Assembly: GCF_006345805.1 (NCBI RefSeq)
Contig: NC_042998.1
Location: 138,570,001-138,634,000, forward strand
Source of the DNA: Octopus sinensis
Lineage: Eukaryota
Reading direction: 5' to 3'
Length of the DNA stretch: 64,000 nucleotides
Made by a program: the position numbers and the translations under genes. Numbering within the stretch: the stretch's first letter is position 1; each line of letters starts with the position of its first letter. Shown here in pieces: positions 53,023 through 64,000 of the stretch. A model generated the notes under the pieces. It saw nothing but the letters and a program-made list of their open reading frames with translations, did not search any database and was not told the origin of the DNA.

Positions 53023-53621
53023 GTAAATATTAATTTGCAATTCTTTTTGAATGAAATTTCACTAATTAATAACTATAATTTTATAATTAAGCTTGTTTTA
53101 ATTCACTTTTATTAAGTTTCCATAAATCATCATCAGCAAATCACGAGACTCACATGATTTGCTCCCCCCCTTCTCGGAATGTTCAATATCGAAGTCATTC
53201 CGTTTTGAAATTTCCCCGAGATCATCGGCTACATTTTTCCGTCACAGACGTGACAGAAATTTCAACAATATCATTTTATTGGTTTAAAATGGTTTTATTC
53301 TAACAGGTCCACTCAAAATTTGCTTACAATATATGATTCAATAAAACGGAAATGAGAGTAGTTTTCTAGTGTATATTTATTCAATTCTTAACTATGCCAC
53401 CTACACAGTTGCACGCACGCGTACGAAGGGATGACTATACCGAGAAATGCCGATTTTCACGTTCTATTGTCTAGTTTCCTCGTGATCTTAACCGGAGATA
53501 TTGTAAATTAGCCAGATGACCTGAATGTGTATGGTGTGCCTCGGTGCGTCTGTATATAAATATATCTATCATATATCCGAAAAAAGTATACTTACACACA
53601 CACACACATATATATATATAT

Positions 53622-53656
<35 letters not shown>

Positions 53657-53667
53657 GAGAGAGAGAG

Positions 53668-53712
<45 letters not shown>

Positions 53713-53921
53713 GATACTCTTTTACTCGTTTCAGCCATGCGGCTGTGGTCATACTGGAGCACCATGTTTATCAATTAATTTTGCAAGATTCCTGCTGTGA
53801 GTCTGTTGAAACAGATATTGTTGTATTTCGAGAGGGTCATTTTTTCTTTCCAAATAAACTCAAGCACTATATTTTTTTTTTGGGCGAAGGTAAAGAATAC
53901 GCACACCCGGTGTTTAGGGTC

Positions 53922-54248
53922 CCTTTTGTACCCCCCCCACCCCTTAAATTAAAAAAAAAAAACATGCATGGTGTAAAATTGATTTCCTCCCATTTCTTAT
54001 AATAACGAGAAAGTCATCAAAATTAAGAATTTTTATTAAAAAAAAAACTTCGTTTCTGTATTATGTATATTCATGTCCCAATGTTAGGCAAATTTCATAG
54101 AGTGAGGCAAATTGGGACATGAATATACATAATATAGCAACTCTTACTTTTTATGACTTTCTCATCGTTATAAGACATGGTAGGAAATTAATTTTCCACC
54201 TTGTGTAATATTAAAAAAAATAAATTTATGGTGGCTGGGTACAAAAGG
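53922..54248. mobile_element. Foldback/MITE-like element (327 bp) in the Bcl-2 family intron
   Basis: Ends CCTTTTGTACCC / GGGTACAAAAGG. The inner arms 53970-54083 and 54111-54200 are reverse complements (e.g. tatgtatattcatgtcccaat / attgggacatgaatatacata). No TSD seen. Confidence 0.7.
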
Positions 54249-54382
54249 AAGTCTTTCCCACATCAGAAATGTGACCTCTTCAGCGATTCGCGTGTTCTAG
54301 CTCTACTTACTCCGTAGAGCAAGAACACACGAAAACAAAAAGTGTCGCTGAAGAGGTCACAGATGTGTGACAAAAGATTTCC
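54247..54382. repeat. 136-nt imperfect palindrome (long hairpin)
   Basis: Perfect 16-bp stem 54271-54286/54345-54360, inner 18/20 stem 54287-54306/54314-54333, 7-nt loop, plus outer partial pairing. Confidence 0.85.
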
Positions 54383-54492
54383 GGACAATGGTCATGAGTT
54401 AAAATAAGAACAGTAATAAAACGAGTGAAGAAAAAATGTGTTTATTTGGGGGGGAAAAATACCGTCCCGAAATATAATAATTTATATATATT

Positions 54493-54577
<85 letters not shown>

Positions 54578-54673
54578 CACACACACACGCACACATATAT
54601 ACACATACATATGAGAGAGAGAGAATGTGTGATGTACTTCTATGGCGGATGTGTAGTGTATAGCACACACACA

Positions 54674-54724
<51 letters not shown>

Positions 54725-57214
54725 AGAGGGGTAACAAAAATACTCTGTCCTACTATAAATTTTTTCTTCTTGCTGCGTAATCTACAATGCTTATAACATA
54801 CCTAGAGAATTTAGGCTTTGTTTTTTTTTTGACGTGTACACATAATTTCTCTCTTTCACATACACACCTATGTAGGTAGCCTGTAGATTTGAGTGCGTGA
54901 GTGTGTGACCGTATTCAATAAATTGAAAAGCCAAAGAAGTCGAAAGGCACAAAGTGTGAAGTAGAGAGAGAAAGGGAGATTGTGTGTGGGTGAGTAAGGT
55001 GTGACATGACTGAAATGACGACAAAAGCAGACGGTTAAAAAGACGCAAAGGTACTGGTATGGACACGGATTGAAGTATAACTACAGAAATAAACAAATTT
55101 GGGCTGTCCCTACCCTCGACTTTGGATGATCATAACTTTCAGAAAAATGGATATTTTTTAATGAAATTTTCTACGAATATTTATTATACCATGTAGATTC
55201 CAAATATACGAAGTTTTTTTGTGGGAAAAGTGTTGTAGGAGGGGGTGGATAGGGAATTTCTGGAAATTTACCGGAGTCCACTTCAATTCGTCTTAACTTT
55301 GAAGAAAATGGATATTTTTAAATGAAATCATCTACAAATATACCTCGACTATGTAGACTCCGAGATCAGGAATTTTGGGGGTTATTTTTTAGAACTGTTC
55401 CCCATTCGGGGTTTCGGAACAAGTCGTCCGTATTTGTTTCATTTAGGAAAGTGATTTAATCAAGCGATTTGGGCCAATTAAAAAAGAATTGAAAGTGCAT
55501 TGTCACCAACGGTGTAGAACATATGTTATATCCCCATTAGCCACTGTTGTATAGCAGATACTGATGGGATAGATCAGTAATTCAGCGACAAGACTATCTC
55601 ATGTACGTTGTGTCCATAATCGTGAAACTTCTCAAGTGCCTGAGTCCATTTACCACGGGTGGATTTCGTATAGTGATACGTTGTTGTGTGATCTTTGGGT
55701 CAATCAGATCCTTACAAACCATGCAACCCATGCTAGCATGGAACAAGGATGTTAAATCATGAAGATAAGTTTATAAGCAGAGAGAGCTTTGTACAATATC
55801 CTCTTCTGTTAACTTCTAGGGTTTAGTTTGTATATCAGGGACAAGAATGGTCTCTACTAAACTGACATAACTAGATGTTGCATGAAGTCTTTTGGGATAC
55901 CTGAACAACCTATAGGATTATGGTTATTAACTATTTTATACCACTTTATTTGAACAATTTGCTGAAATAATCATCATTGCAGCCATCAAAACAATAGAGC
56001 GACCAGCAGAGATTGTAAGCAATTGAGCTTCAGTAATCTTGCTGTTAACATAACCATTTACAAAAGAAATTCAAAGGGTTACTTTGTCCAATGGTAGAAC
56101 ATCTGTCACATTTACAAACATGGTTTCGTGTCCCACAAGCAGTCTTCAACTTTTTCTACAAATATTTACGTGGTATTGTTTATAGATTTATGTACTTCAA
56201 GTTCCACCATTGAAAACAATTATTTGATGGTTGGGTTTGTAAAAGATTTTAAAGTTGAATACAATTTGATAACTGGCAGCTTTTAGAAATTATTATTGGT
56301 ATTCAACATTGTGATCTATTATTATATGAGAATTTTTAAGGCTGTGGTGACCTGGCAGTCATGAGCATATCAAAGTATTTAGTGTCATTTCATCAGTTCA
56401 AATTCTGCTGAGGTTAGCTTTGCCTCTCATCTTTTGGGCGTTGATAAAATAAGTACCAAATGAGCACTGGGTCAATGTAATTCTGATCATAAGAGGATTG
56501 TGGTTTCTCTTTCTTAGCAAAATATTTGCTCAAGTTTCAAGTGTGGTGGGTGTGGGTTTATGTATACACATGGATGCGTGAGTGTTAGTGTCTCTTTATT
56601 TTGTCATCACATTTTTGTAAAATGAGGGTTACTGTCATACAGGTGGGCCGTAGAAAAATATTACTTTATCTAGGAACAAGTGATGGCTTGCAACAGGAAG
56701 GGTATCTGACAATCTCTCAACAAAATCCTATTAAAATTTCATGTTAATTTATGTTCTGAATACCTCCTTAATTATGACTAAATTTTTCATTGTATTCAAA
56801 TTAATAGAATCAGCAACAGAATTCTCACTGTTCTGTATGCACTCCATGTAGCAGACAGCTGCATGTATTAGCAAGTTGTTTTGTCTGGTTGTGGGATAAC
56901 TTCAACTGGGGAAACACCTGGCTGAAACATAAGTGTCTCAGTCCTCTTACAGCATTGTATCACACATTATAAATACATATACCTAAATGGAAAAAGCATT
57001 CACTGGTGGTGAAAAATGACAGTGGTCGGGTATTTAACATTCATATCTGTCAGAATGTGTTAAGAATGAATAGGTTTGTTACTGCTTGGATTCTCTCAGT
57101 GCTATATGCTCCTCATGAATTATTAAAGGCAGAAGACTTGAACAGAAATATGGTTTAAAAAAATGGGATTAGTGTGTGTATGCTAGTATGGAACATGGAC
57201 ATTAAATGATTTAA

Positions 57215-57435
57215 GCCTTTCATTACTGTATTTATTTTGAGATGCTGTGTTTCTTTCCATTACTTTAAATATAACAAAGGATTTAGTAAAATATTAACTT
57301 AGTTATCATGAAGCTAGTGTTAGGAGCATAAATTGTGACCAAGGTTTGGTGGAAGATTTTAATTCAGAACTTATGAAAACAAGACATTCGTACTCAGAGC
57401 CAGAGCCGGTTTCTGCCGGGTTAGTAACAAAAGGG
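57215..57435. mobile_element. Second piggyBac-type MITE family (221 bp, TTAA TSDs)
   Basis: TTAA|GCCTTTCATTAC ... GTAACAAAAGGG|TTAA. Related copies lie at 4820-5157 (two starts in tandem) and about 22900-23070. Confidence 0.75.
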
Positions 57436-59564
57436 TTAAATGATGATATATGTAAACACACACATGCACGAAAACGTGACATTTGAAACTTGTTTTGTTG
57501 ACCCAAATGGTAGTATTATGTTCTTTGTAACTAGTCTTCCATTGTTCTCACGAATCTAAATCAAATCAACTGTTAAACAGTGCTTAATGTCTTGGTCTAT
57601 CCTAGCATTAAAATTGGCTTGCCAAGATCTTATCACACCCTATTTACCTAATATGCTGAATATGTATGTGCACTTACAACTAAATTATGAAATACTAAAG
57701 CTGACTGTAGTCTAGGGCTTCATGAAAATTGTTTATATTATTTTTAGTTTATCTAAATCAGTGCTTATAGCCGATTATAATACAACTGTGATCTCTCTTA
57801 ATAGAAACAGATTTTCTTGGTATTGACTACAGTTTGAGGATTGGATCCTCTGTGATCCTTGTGAGATATTTTGGTAGAGAGAAGCAACAGGAAACCCATC
57901 GTGTATATCATCATCATTGTTTTAACATATACTTTTCCATCTTACATGTGTTGGATGGAGTTTATCGAGTCAGATTTTCTGTGGCTGAATTCCCTCCTGT
58001 TATCAACACTTACCTGTTTCCAGGCAAAGTAATGTTACCCCATGGCCAGACATGTTATTGTAGAATATTGGGAATGGATGACACTGTATGACTTTCATGC
58101 AATGTCAACCCAATGACACACATGCACACATATATATGACATGCCTTTTTCAGTTTCCACCTACCAAATCCACTAACAGAGATTGGCCTGAGATAATGGT
58201 ACGAAACACTGGCCCAAGGTGCCATGCAATGGGACTCCACTTAAAACTATGTGGTTGTGAAGCAAAGTTCTTAAACACACAACCACACCTACACTTGTGT
58301 GTGTTTGTCTGTATATATTTAATGTGTATGTTAGTGCATGAATATTCATAATTTCAAATGTGTCATTACTTGAGTTAGCTGGTGATATTGACCAGTTGCT
58401 TTCAGCTTTCAAGGACTTCTAGAATATTTTTTAAAATCCTTTTCTCAAAAACAGGTAAAGATTGACAGCGGGTAGTGCATCCAGTTACCTTAAAATAATT
58501 CCCTATCTAAACCCATTCTGTCATGGAAAATTAGATGTTAAACAAAGGAGCATAATTAACTTAAAATGATTGGGTGTTTAGTTGAGCCTATTACATTTTT
58601 GGTTGTATATCCAAAAGTTGAGGCTCTGTTTCTGCTCTTGGTCAGTCATTTAGATTGCACCCAAGCAGGTTTTTTTTTTTTTTTGTTTTTGTTTAGTTCT
58701 TTCATGAAGTTGAAGTATTTTAATAAAAGATAAACTAAGCTTTTTATTACTGTTATTAAGACTGTGAGCAAGAAGAATGTGGCAGACAAAATGCTTAGCA
58801 GCATTTCTTCTGACATTTTTTCGTTCTGAGTTCAAATTCCACTGAGGCCATCTTTGCCTTTCCTCCTTTTGGGGGTCAATTTAATAAAGTACCAGTCAAG
58901 TACTGGAGTTGATGTTATCAACTAGTCTCAGCCTCCAAAATTTCAGTCCTTGTGCCTAATGTGGAAAGGATTATAATTATATTAATGTATTATGATGATG
59001 GTTTAGCAGAATCATTAGAACATCAGAGAAAATGCTTTGCCGTATTTTTTATGATTTCTTACATTCTGAGTTTAAATTATGTCAGTCAGCTTTCTTTCAT
59101 TTCAGAGAATAAGATTAAATACCAAGCAAGTACTGTCATCATTATCATCAACATCATTTAACATCCATGTTCTATACTGGCTTGGATTTGATGGTTTGGC
59201 AGGATCTGGTGGGTCAGTTGATAACATCCTATTCCAGCGTCTACTTTGGCATGGTTTATATGACTGGATGTCCTTCCTAATGCCAACCACTTTACAGTGT
59301 ACTTGGTACTTTTTTTCATGTCATTGGCACTAGTGAGAATGCCATGCAGCCAGTAAGGCCACTAAGCTTAAGGATGGCATTATCTGAGAAGATGAGGGAC
59401 TAATGTATGAAAGAAAGGATGGGGGAGAAGGATAAAGAGGTTCTTGTAGAGGAGTTGTATGGTAACTCACATTTAGAAGAGTGAGAATAATGCCCTTTCC
59501 TCCCTGCTCAAAATTACTGTCCTTGCATCTAGATGAAAAACATTTATCTTTTTTTTCTTTTCAG

Positions 59565-59672
59565 GATAATTTCTCCGACTTTTTTCCTGAACAAGTCCAA
59601 GAGGACAGATTGTGGAGAGGATTCGTATTTGCAGCATTTGGTCTTGGTGCATTGGTCATTGCTACTCAGTGA
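59565..59672 (+). CDS. Bcl-2 family protein, coding exon 2 (end of BH2 plus C-terminal tail anchor, stop)
   Basis: Acceptor ttttttttcttttcag. Encodes DNFSDFFPEQVQEDRLWRGFVFAAFGLGALVIATQ*, completing GGW|DNF and adding a hydrophobic C-terminal helix. Total protein 218 aa. Confidence 0.9.
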   Translation, partial: DNFSDFFPEQVQEDRLWRGFVFAAFGLGALVIATQ

Positions 59673-59747
59673 AACAACTAACAATTAACTCTATCTGTGT
59701 TCTCTTTAAAGGTATATTTTTGTGAAAAACCTGTTTTAGCATTATAC

Positions 59748-59753
59748 AATAAA
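59748..59753 (+). promoter_or_regulatory. Candidate polyadenylation signal AATAAA in the Bcl-2 family 3' UTR
   Basis: First AATAAA 75 nt after the stop codon, followed by a T-rich tract. The hexamer is common in AT-rich DNA. Confidence 0.3.
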
Positions 59754-61638
59754 ATTTTTTTAAATAACAGCTAAGGATGATTTTTTTTTTTAATGCTTTA
59801 GTTGTAAAGCTCACTCCCCTCCTCATACCTATTTATTTATATTTATGTATTGTAAATCTTCTTTCTTAATTTTCTCCCAAACCTAAATTTATGGTGATAT
59901 AATTAATATATTACTTAGAGTTAATTGAAATTAAATATATCTTATTCAACACAATAGATGTTTCTTATAACTTGAAGTGATCATCTCTGATCAAAAAGTC
60001 TTATGGCACACAGGTAGTTATCCACATTACTTGGTATGGGCCACAGATTCTGTTGTTCCAGTTTGACCATGTCTCTGCCTGACAGCTAGAGCCATTTCAT
60101 ACTGCACACTGACCTGCAGTGATGTGTCATATGGCATTTGCTGTTGGTATGTTTCATTTTCTGTCCAGGCCTACAAATTTAGCCTCGGGACAGTTGTGAA
60201 CGAATAGACTGAAGATCTAAGGCATTACAGGCTTCACCATTCCATTTTTTTCTTTTTCTGATTCTAAAATATCTGTTGTAATCTTTCTTTTAGCCCTTTA
60301 GCATTAACAAATTACTCAGTAAAATGTAATGCTTGTTTAATCACATTTTTTGAATTAATCATGCATTCTTGTATCTTCAAGATTTTAATGATGTAATTGT
60401 CTAGTTTTAGTATGGCATTATAGGGTAGGTTTGAGAGTCTGCATCTAGCCACTCTAGAGCAGATATGGCCTATTTAAAAACTAGAGTTAAAATGGTTTAG
60501 TAGAGTGACACTTAGGGGAGATCTAAATATCTAACCATTTTTTTTTCTCTTCCCCTATCCACAAAAGAATTTTACTTAGTTTTATCTATCATTTTAGATT
60601 TTCCTAAGCAATTTCTGTTGCATTGTTATTTTATTAACTTGCTTAGTAAAACATGATTTAATTATTTTCGCCAGCTTTTTCCAAGTTTTCGCAGCATTAG
60701 GTCATGCTTTTAGAGAAGCAAAAATCAATATGCAGGATCTGAGCATTTAGTAGATTATTATTTATAGAGTAAGAAAATGCTTGTCTATATATAATCTTGA
60801 TTGGTAAGCCTTGCCTCTTTCTGCTGGTGGCTGGATGTGTGAAGCTCGTACACTTTTGCACCAGAAGGGATGTCATAGTTTGTCTTACAGTTGTACAGTG
60901 TAAATAACAACACTTTGCTTGTATCTTCTCCCACTGTCATAATTGTAGGCTGTGATTTCAATATAATATGTAAATATATTACATGTATGCATATGCTAGC
61001 CTTTAAGTTTTTAATGCTAAAGATGAAGATTCCAGAAAATGAAGGTTTTTTTTATTTTTTATTCTGAATCAAAAATTGTTTCTATGAAAAATATTTCAAG
61101 TAACATTAAATCATTAAATTTTATTATAAACATTCTTACCTAATTATCCAGAAGTACATATGCATATATATATTATATATATATATATATGTCTGTGTGT
61201 GACTTATACAGGGTGGCTCACAAAAAGCTTTACCATTGTGTACATATTGTATAAATAGACCCATTTATAATCCACCCGGTATGTAGTCAGTGTTATGTAT
61301 AACAGTGACCTCCCTTGTGGTACGGAAGTGTACGAACGCCAGATGTGTTTCACAAAGTCTCTTTCCGGGCTGATGCACATTGGTAGTTGCTGTTATAGAA
61401 ATTGTATGAATGTCCATATTCAGTATTTTTTTTCTTTTTGTCCTATCAATAAATTAAAATCATTTTTACTAAAATGCTTTTGGTCTCTTTCTTTTTGTCT
61501 ATTTTTTAATAATTATTTTTATCTCAAATAAACTTTATTAATAACACTGTAACACTATTTTTGTCCTTGGGTAGCAACTGTTAGTACCCTGTGTGCATAA
61601 GTGAAAGTAGGGTTTTGTAATTACTTGCCTTTGTCTGT

Positions 61639-62416
61639 CATCATCATCATCATCATTTAACGTCCGCTTTCCATGCTAGCATGGGTTGGACGGTTCAACT
61701 GGGGTCTGGGGAGCCCGAAAGCTGCACCAGTCCAGTCAGATCTGGCAGTGTTTCTACAGCTGGATGCCCTTCCTAACGCCAACCACTCGAGAGTGTAGTG
61801 GGTGATTTTATGTGCCACCGACACAGGTGCCAGACGAGGCTGGCAAACGGCCACGCTCGGATGGTGTTTTTATGTGCCACCGACACAGGTGCCAGACGAG
61901 GCTGGCAGACGGCCACGCTCGGATGGTGTTTTTATGTGCCACCGACACAGGTGCCAGATGAGGCTGGAAAAACGGCCACGATCGGATGGTGCTTGTTAGT
62001 GCCCACAGCACGGAGGCCAGTCGATGCGGTACTGGCTACGGCCATGTTCGGATGGTTTCTTGTGTGCCACGTGCCACCGGCACTGGTACCACAAGGATAC
62101 AAATTCCATTGATGTTCATCTATTTTGTCTATTTGATTTGATTTGATTTTCACTTGCCTCAACAGGTCTTCACAAGTGTCACAAGAAGGAAGGTATGCAC
62201 AGGTGGACTGACTACGTCCCTGGTAGGGGGGGGGGATGGTGTTTGTCATGTGCCCACCGCACTGACGGATTTCTTGTGTGCCACAGGCACTGGTACCACA
62301 AGATACAAATTCCATTGATGTTCATCTATTTTGTCTATTTTGATTTGATTTGATTTTCACTTGCCTCAACCGATCTTCACAAGTGTCACAAGAAGGAAGG
62401 TATGCACAGGTGGACT
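61639..62416 (-). mobile_element. RTE LINE 3' UTR fragment with internal 62-bp tandem repeats and a duplicated segment
   Basis: CAT tail and tttaacgtccgctttccatgctagcatgggttggacgg as at 49417. A 62-bp unit repeats at 61811, 61873 and 61935. 62080-62219 is repeated at 62276-62416. Confidence 0.8.
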
Positions 62417-63286
62417 TGGAAAATGGCTGTATGGATTTTCACCAATTTAGACAGAAATTCTCATTGGGTGAGTGGCTGGAAATGATGAAAATTTGGCTTG
62501 ATTATCTTCAAACATACATATATGTATGTGTGTGTACAGTAATGGATTTGTAGAATTCATTTGTTTATGAATTGATTTCTTTAAATTTCACCGGAGTATA
62601 AATACCTATAATGGTGAAACACTTCTCAAATTCAATGCAATATTTTCTATAAGTATTTCATTTTGTTCACTTTCTTTTTCATATGAATCGACCCTCATCC
62701 GTGTATGTATAGATCAGGGTGTATCTATGCATGTAGACGCATGTGGGTGGTTGTATGCATAGATATGTGACTGTGTGTGTGTGTGTGTACAGTGATGAAT
62801 TTGAGGGTTCCATTTATTTACGAGTTGATTTCTTAATTTCACCAGAGTATAAATATCTATAATGGTGATACTTAAAAACAACATTCAGTTCAATTAGAAA
62901 GCATGGGTAAGCCACACTATAATTTGTGAAAAATTTCTGTGCACAGGGTATGCGCCACCCCTCCAATGGCATTTTTTTTTTTTTTTTTCATTTCCTATTT
63001 GCTTACTCCTAGAAAGTTGCTGAATCTGCCTGAAATGTAATGGAAAAATAGGTTGGTTTCAAAACATTGATGTCCAGCTCACAAAAGCAATGTTTGAAGG
63101 AAATAGTTGTCATTTCCTTTGATTTCTAGATAGGAGGGAATAAGAAATAACACTTACTGACAAAAAACAAAATTAGAATTTTGTTACAGTGTAATAGTTT
63201 TACTGGGAAACACTGTGTGTATGTGGTAAAACCCAGATTATGTCCAAAATGTGACAGGACTTTCTTTCCAACCTAATAGAGATATA

Positions 63287-64000
63287 TGAGGGTTGGCTAA
63301 AAAGTTCATAGGCTGACCAAGATTCTCTCATGAAATGTGACCAAATGAGGTTTATTTTTCAACATAGTCATCCTTGCAGTCCATATATTTCATCCATCAG
63401 TGTTGTAGTACTTGGATCCCATTAGTGAAGAAATCTTTCATGCTGTTAGTCAAAAAAGTCATCAGCAGCAAATAGGATGTCTTCATTGCTGTGATACTTG
63501 TTCCCAACTTAGTTATTTTTCATGTTGGGGCAAAATCTGGAGAATCAGTTCAAAGCCACAGTCATGCGCAGAATCCATTGAAACTAAGGACTTGTGTGCT
63601 GGAACATTGTCCTCATGAATCAAGACCCCTTTCATAAGTTTTCCTGAGTGTTTGGTCTTGATAGCCTTTGAAAACTGCACTAGTAGTGGCCCTTTTGAAG
63701 ATAGTCAATAAATAATCCCTTTTGCAAACCAAAAAACAGGCCATCACCTTCCCTGCAAATGAAATGATCTTGGCTGTTTTTAGAGCTAGTGAGGGGTGTT
63801 TCCACCACATGTATTGTCTCAACCCGGTATTAGTGATGAATCCAACACTCATCCAGGTTAGAAAATGTTCAGGAAAACCAACTGGATCTGCTTCAAACAA
63901 TATCAGATTTTCCCATGATGTGATCAACCTGGTGTGCTTTTGATCAGGTGCTAGAAGACGTGGCACCCACCAAGCAGAAGCCATCGTCGTATCACGTTCA
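63287..64000 (-). mobile_element. Decayed mariner transposon (3' part; continues past the window end)
   Basis: WVPRLL motif, transposase C-terminal remnants, and TIR TA|TGAGGGTTGGCTAAAAAGTTC. Confidence 0.8.

Noticed and set aside
53023-53115. C-terminal part of the 213-aa ORF (VNINLQFFL...)
   Set aside because: This is read-through into the intron. The conserved GGW phase-0 donor and a matching downstream exon explain the real C-terminus.
53200-53220. NF-kB-like sites near the Bcl-2 family gene (also about 51760 and 55255)
   Set aside because: They are imperfect matches to a degenerate 10-mer and cannot be supported without conservation or binding data.
61209-61279. 71-bp TA-flanked element with CAGGGTGG/CCACCCGG ends (Tc1-like mini MITE)
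   Set aside because: The inverted match is only 8 bp with a mismatch, and no second copy occurs in the window.

Overview
AT-rich, microsatellite- and transposon-dense animal genomic DNA. The SINE and RTE-LINE repertoire and the compound TA/CA microsatellites look like an Octopus genome, which is an inference from repeat content. Two protein-coding genes are supported and diverge head to head about 17.7 kb apart. (1) GALT (galactose-1-phosphate uridylyltransferase), minus strand: coding exons 1-3 at 34702-34723, 12891-13060 and 5947-6022, with a 21.6 kb first intron; exons 4 onward were not found in the window. (2) An Mcl-1-like Bcl-2 family gene, plus strand: two coding exons at 52474-53022 and 59565-59672, 218 aa. 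The rest is decayed mobile DNA: a CR1-like LINE, RTE LINEs and about 20 short RTE 3' tails, two Penelope-like GIY-YIG remnants, an Academ-like DDE+XPG transposon, mariner remnants, several MITE families, tRNA-derived SINEs and tandem duplications. The most notable observations are: an unexplained spliceable, phase-compatible membrane-protein-like exon at 21-189, where GALT exon 4 would be expected; repeated insertion of LINEs into the internal TA microsatellite of one SINE family; a LINE/SINE shared 3' stem-loop with compensatory base changes; a telomere-repeat-carrying MITE with an 8-bp TSD; a mariner derivative made of two 5' ends; and long foldback hairpins in the Bcl-2-family intron. No prokaryotic-type system (CRISPR etc.) is present, and most entries in the ORF track are microsatellite or transposon artefacts.
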